Part shown: positions 63,117 to 64,000 of the stretch, piece by piece
Position numbering within the stretch: the stretch's first letter is position 1
Layout of the letters: each line of letters opens with the position of its first letter
NCBI GenBank assembly: GCA_046733695.1
Contig: JBKPPU010000273.1
Span: forward strand, 2,085 to 66,084
Direction of reading: 5' to 3'
Source: Acidobacteriota bacterium
GTDB taxonomy: Bacteria > Acidobacteriota > Blastocatellia > Pyrinomonadales > Pyrinomonadaceae
Length of the DNA: 64,000 nt
Notes under the pieces: generated by a model
What the model saw: only the letters and a program-made list of their open reading frames with translations
Told to the model about the DNA's origin: nothing
The model's database searches: none
Translations under genes and position numbers: made by a program

Positions 63117-64000
63117 TGGATCGCCTGATCACAGAACTTCCCTTCTTTACCCCCGAACACCGCGATCTCGTGCAGACTGTGACGCAGTTTGTGACCCAGG
63201 AGATCGAGCCGCGTGCTTCGGACGAAGACGATGTTGAAAGTCTGGCTCGGGAGTTCGTCCAACTCTTAGCGCAAGCCGGCATTTTGAACTACGCGGTTGC
63301 CGAGTCGAAGCTCGACGTTCGGTCCGTTTGTTTGATCCGCGAAGCACTATCGTATTCTTCTTCACTCGCCGATCTCGCTTTCGTTATGCAGGGACTTGGC
63401 ACCTACGCGATTGCGCGCGCAGCGCCCGATCACGTCCGCGAGTTCTGGCTCACGCGTGCAGCAAATGGAAAAGCAATTGCCGCGTTCGCGCTCACCGAAC
63501 CGAACGCCGGTTCAGATGTCTCGGCGATTCAAACCACCGCACGCCGTGACGGCGAAACGTATGTAATAGATGGTCGTAAGCGTTTCATTTCCAACGCCGG
63601 CATCGCAGACTTCTATACCGTGTTCGCTAAAACAGGAACACGCGAAGATGGGCGGCCCGTGCTTTCGGCTTTTGTAGTCGGCTCGAAGATGCAGGGATTT
63701 CGCGTCGTTGAACGCACGTCGATGATAGCCCCGCATCCGATCGGACAAATCGCTTTCGACGCGTGCCGCGTGCCTGCAGAGGACATGATCGGAAACGAAG
63801 GTGACGGTTTCAAGCTGGCAATGGAAACGCTCGACACGTTTCGCGCCAGCGTCGGAGCAGCAGCCTGCGGCATGGCTCGTCGCGCACTCGATCACTCCGT
63901 CCGCTATGCACAGGCGCGCAGACAATTCGGACGTTTACTTGCGGAGCATCAACTGGTCCAGGCCAAACTCGCCGACATGATCACCGAACTCGACGCCGCA
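63113..64000 (+). CDS. Acyl-CoA dehydrogenase (3' end beyond the window)
   Basis: Hand translation from ATG 63113 gives MMDRLITELPFFTPEHRDLV...AFALTEPNAGSDVSAIQTTARRDGETYVIDGRKRFISNAGIADFYTVFAKT...GDGFKLAMETLD.... The frame is open to the window edge, so the ORF track does not list it. Confidence 0.85.
   Translation, partial: MMDRLITELPFFTPEHRDLVQTVTQFVTQEIEPRASDEDDVESLAREFVQLLAQAGILNYAVAESKLDVRSVCLIREALSYSSSLADLAFVMQGLGTYAIARAAPDHVREFWLTRAANGKAIAAFALTEPNAGSDVSAIQTTARRDGETYVIDGRKRFISNAGIADFYTVFAKTGTREDGRPVLSAFVVGSKMQGFRVVERTSMIAPHPIGQIAFDACRVPAEDMIGNEGDGFKLAMETLDTFRASVGAAACGMARRALDHSVRYAQARRQFGRLLAEHQLVQAKLADMITELDAA

Overview
Chromosomal segment of a Gram-negative bacterium. It is probably Acidobacteriota: this is inferred from a VWFA-related secreted protein, CarboxypepD_reg-type TonB-dependent receptors, DUF4214 proteins, and a PadR gene followed by a 'permease prefix' gene. 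All domain calls were made by eye from motifs in the ORF translations; no database was searched.

Layout:
- (1) 1-9.5 kb: an ABC-transporter-dependent surface-polysaccharide (O-antigen-like) locus. It has four GT4 glycosyltransferases, a Wzt-type ATPase with a C-terminal glycan-binding domain, and two methyltransferase fusion proteins, one with a long Gln-rich coiled coil.
- (2) 9.5-21 kb: secreted proteins, then lptD, lpxB, lpxD and lpxA, with a Tes/GDGT-MAS-like radical SAM gene diverging from lpxA.
- (3) 21-25.7 kb: small accessory genes, cutC, a frameshifted DDE-transposase IS remnant, and tRNA-Gln(CTG).
- (4) 25.7-34 kb: an accessory island directly 3' of the tRNA, and the most interesting part of the window. 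It holds a translationally coupled TIR-domain gene and a 1266-aa STAND NTPase with one TM helix, a long coiled coil and WD40 repeats. Converging on this pair is a zinc-ribbon membrane protein / lipoprotein / second TIR gene set. A Phd-ParE toxin-antitoxin pair closes the island.
- (5) 34-64 kb: mostly housekeeping or niche genes. These are PadR plus an ABC-2 exporter, an MBL hydrolase, a GH18-like protein, a TonB-dependent receptor, folK-panB-panC, an hcrCAB-like molybdenum hydroxylase with mocA, and CoA-thioester metabolism genes.

Nearly every intergenic gap carries one of several families of short hairpin repeats built from tandem 7-8-mers. No rRNA genes or CRISPR arrays were seen.
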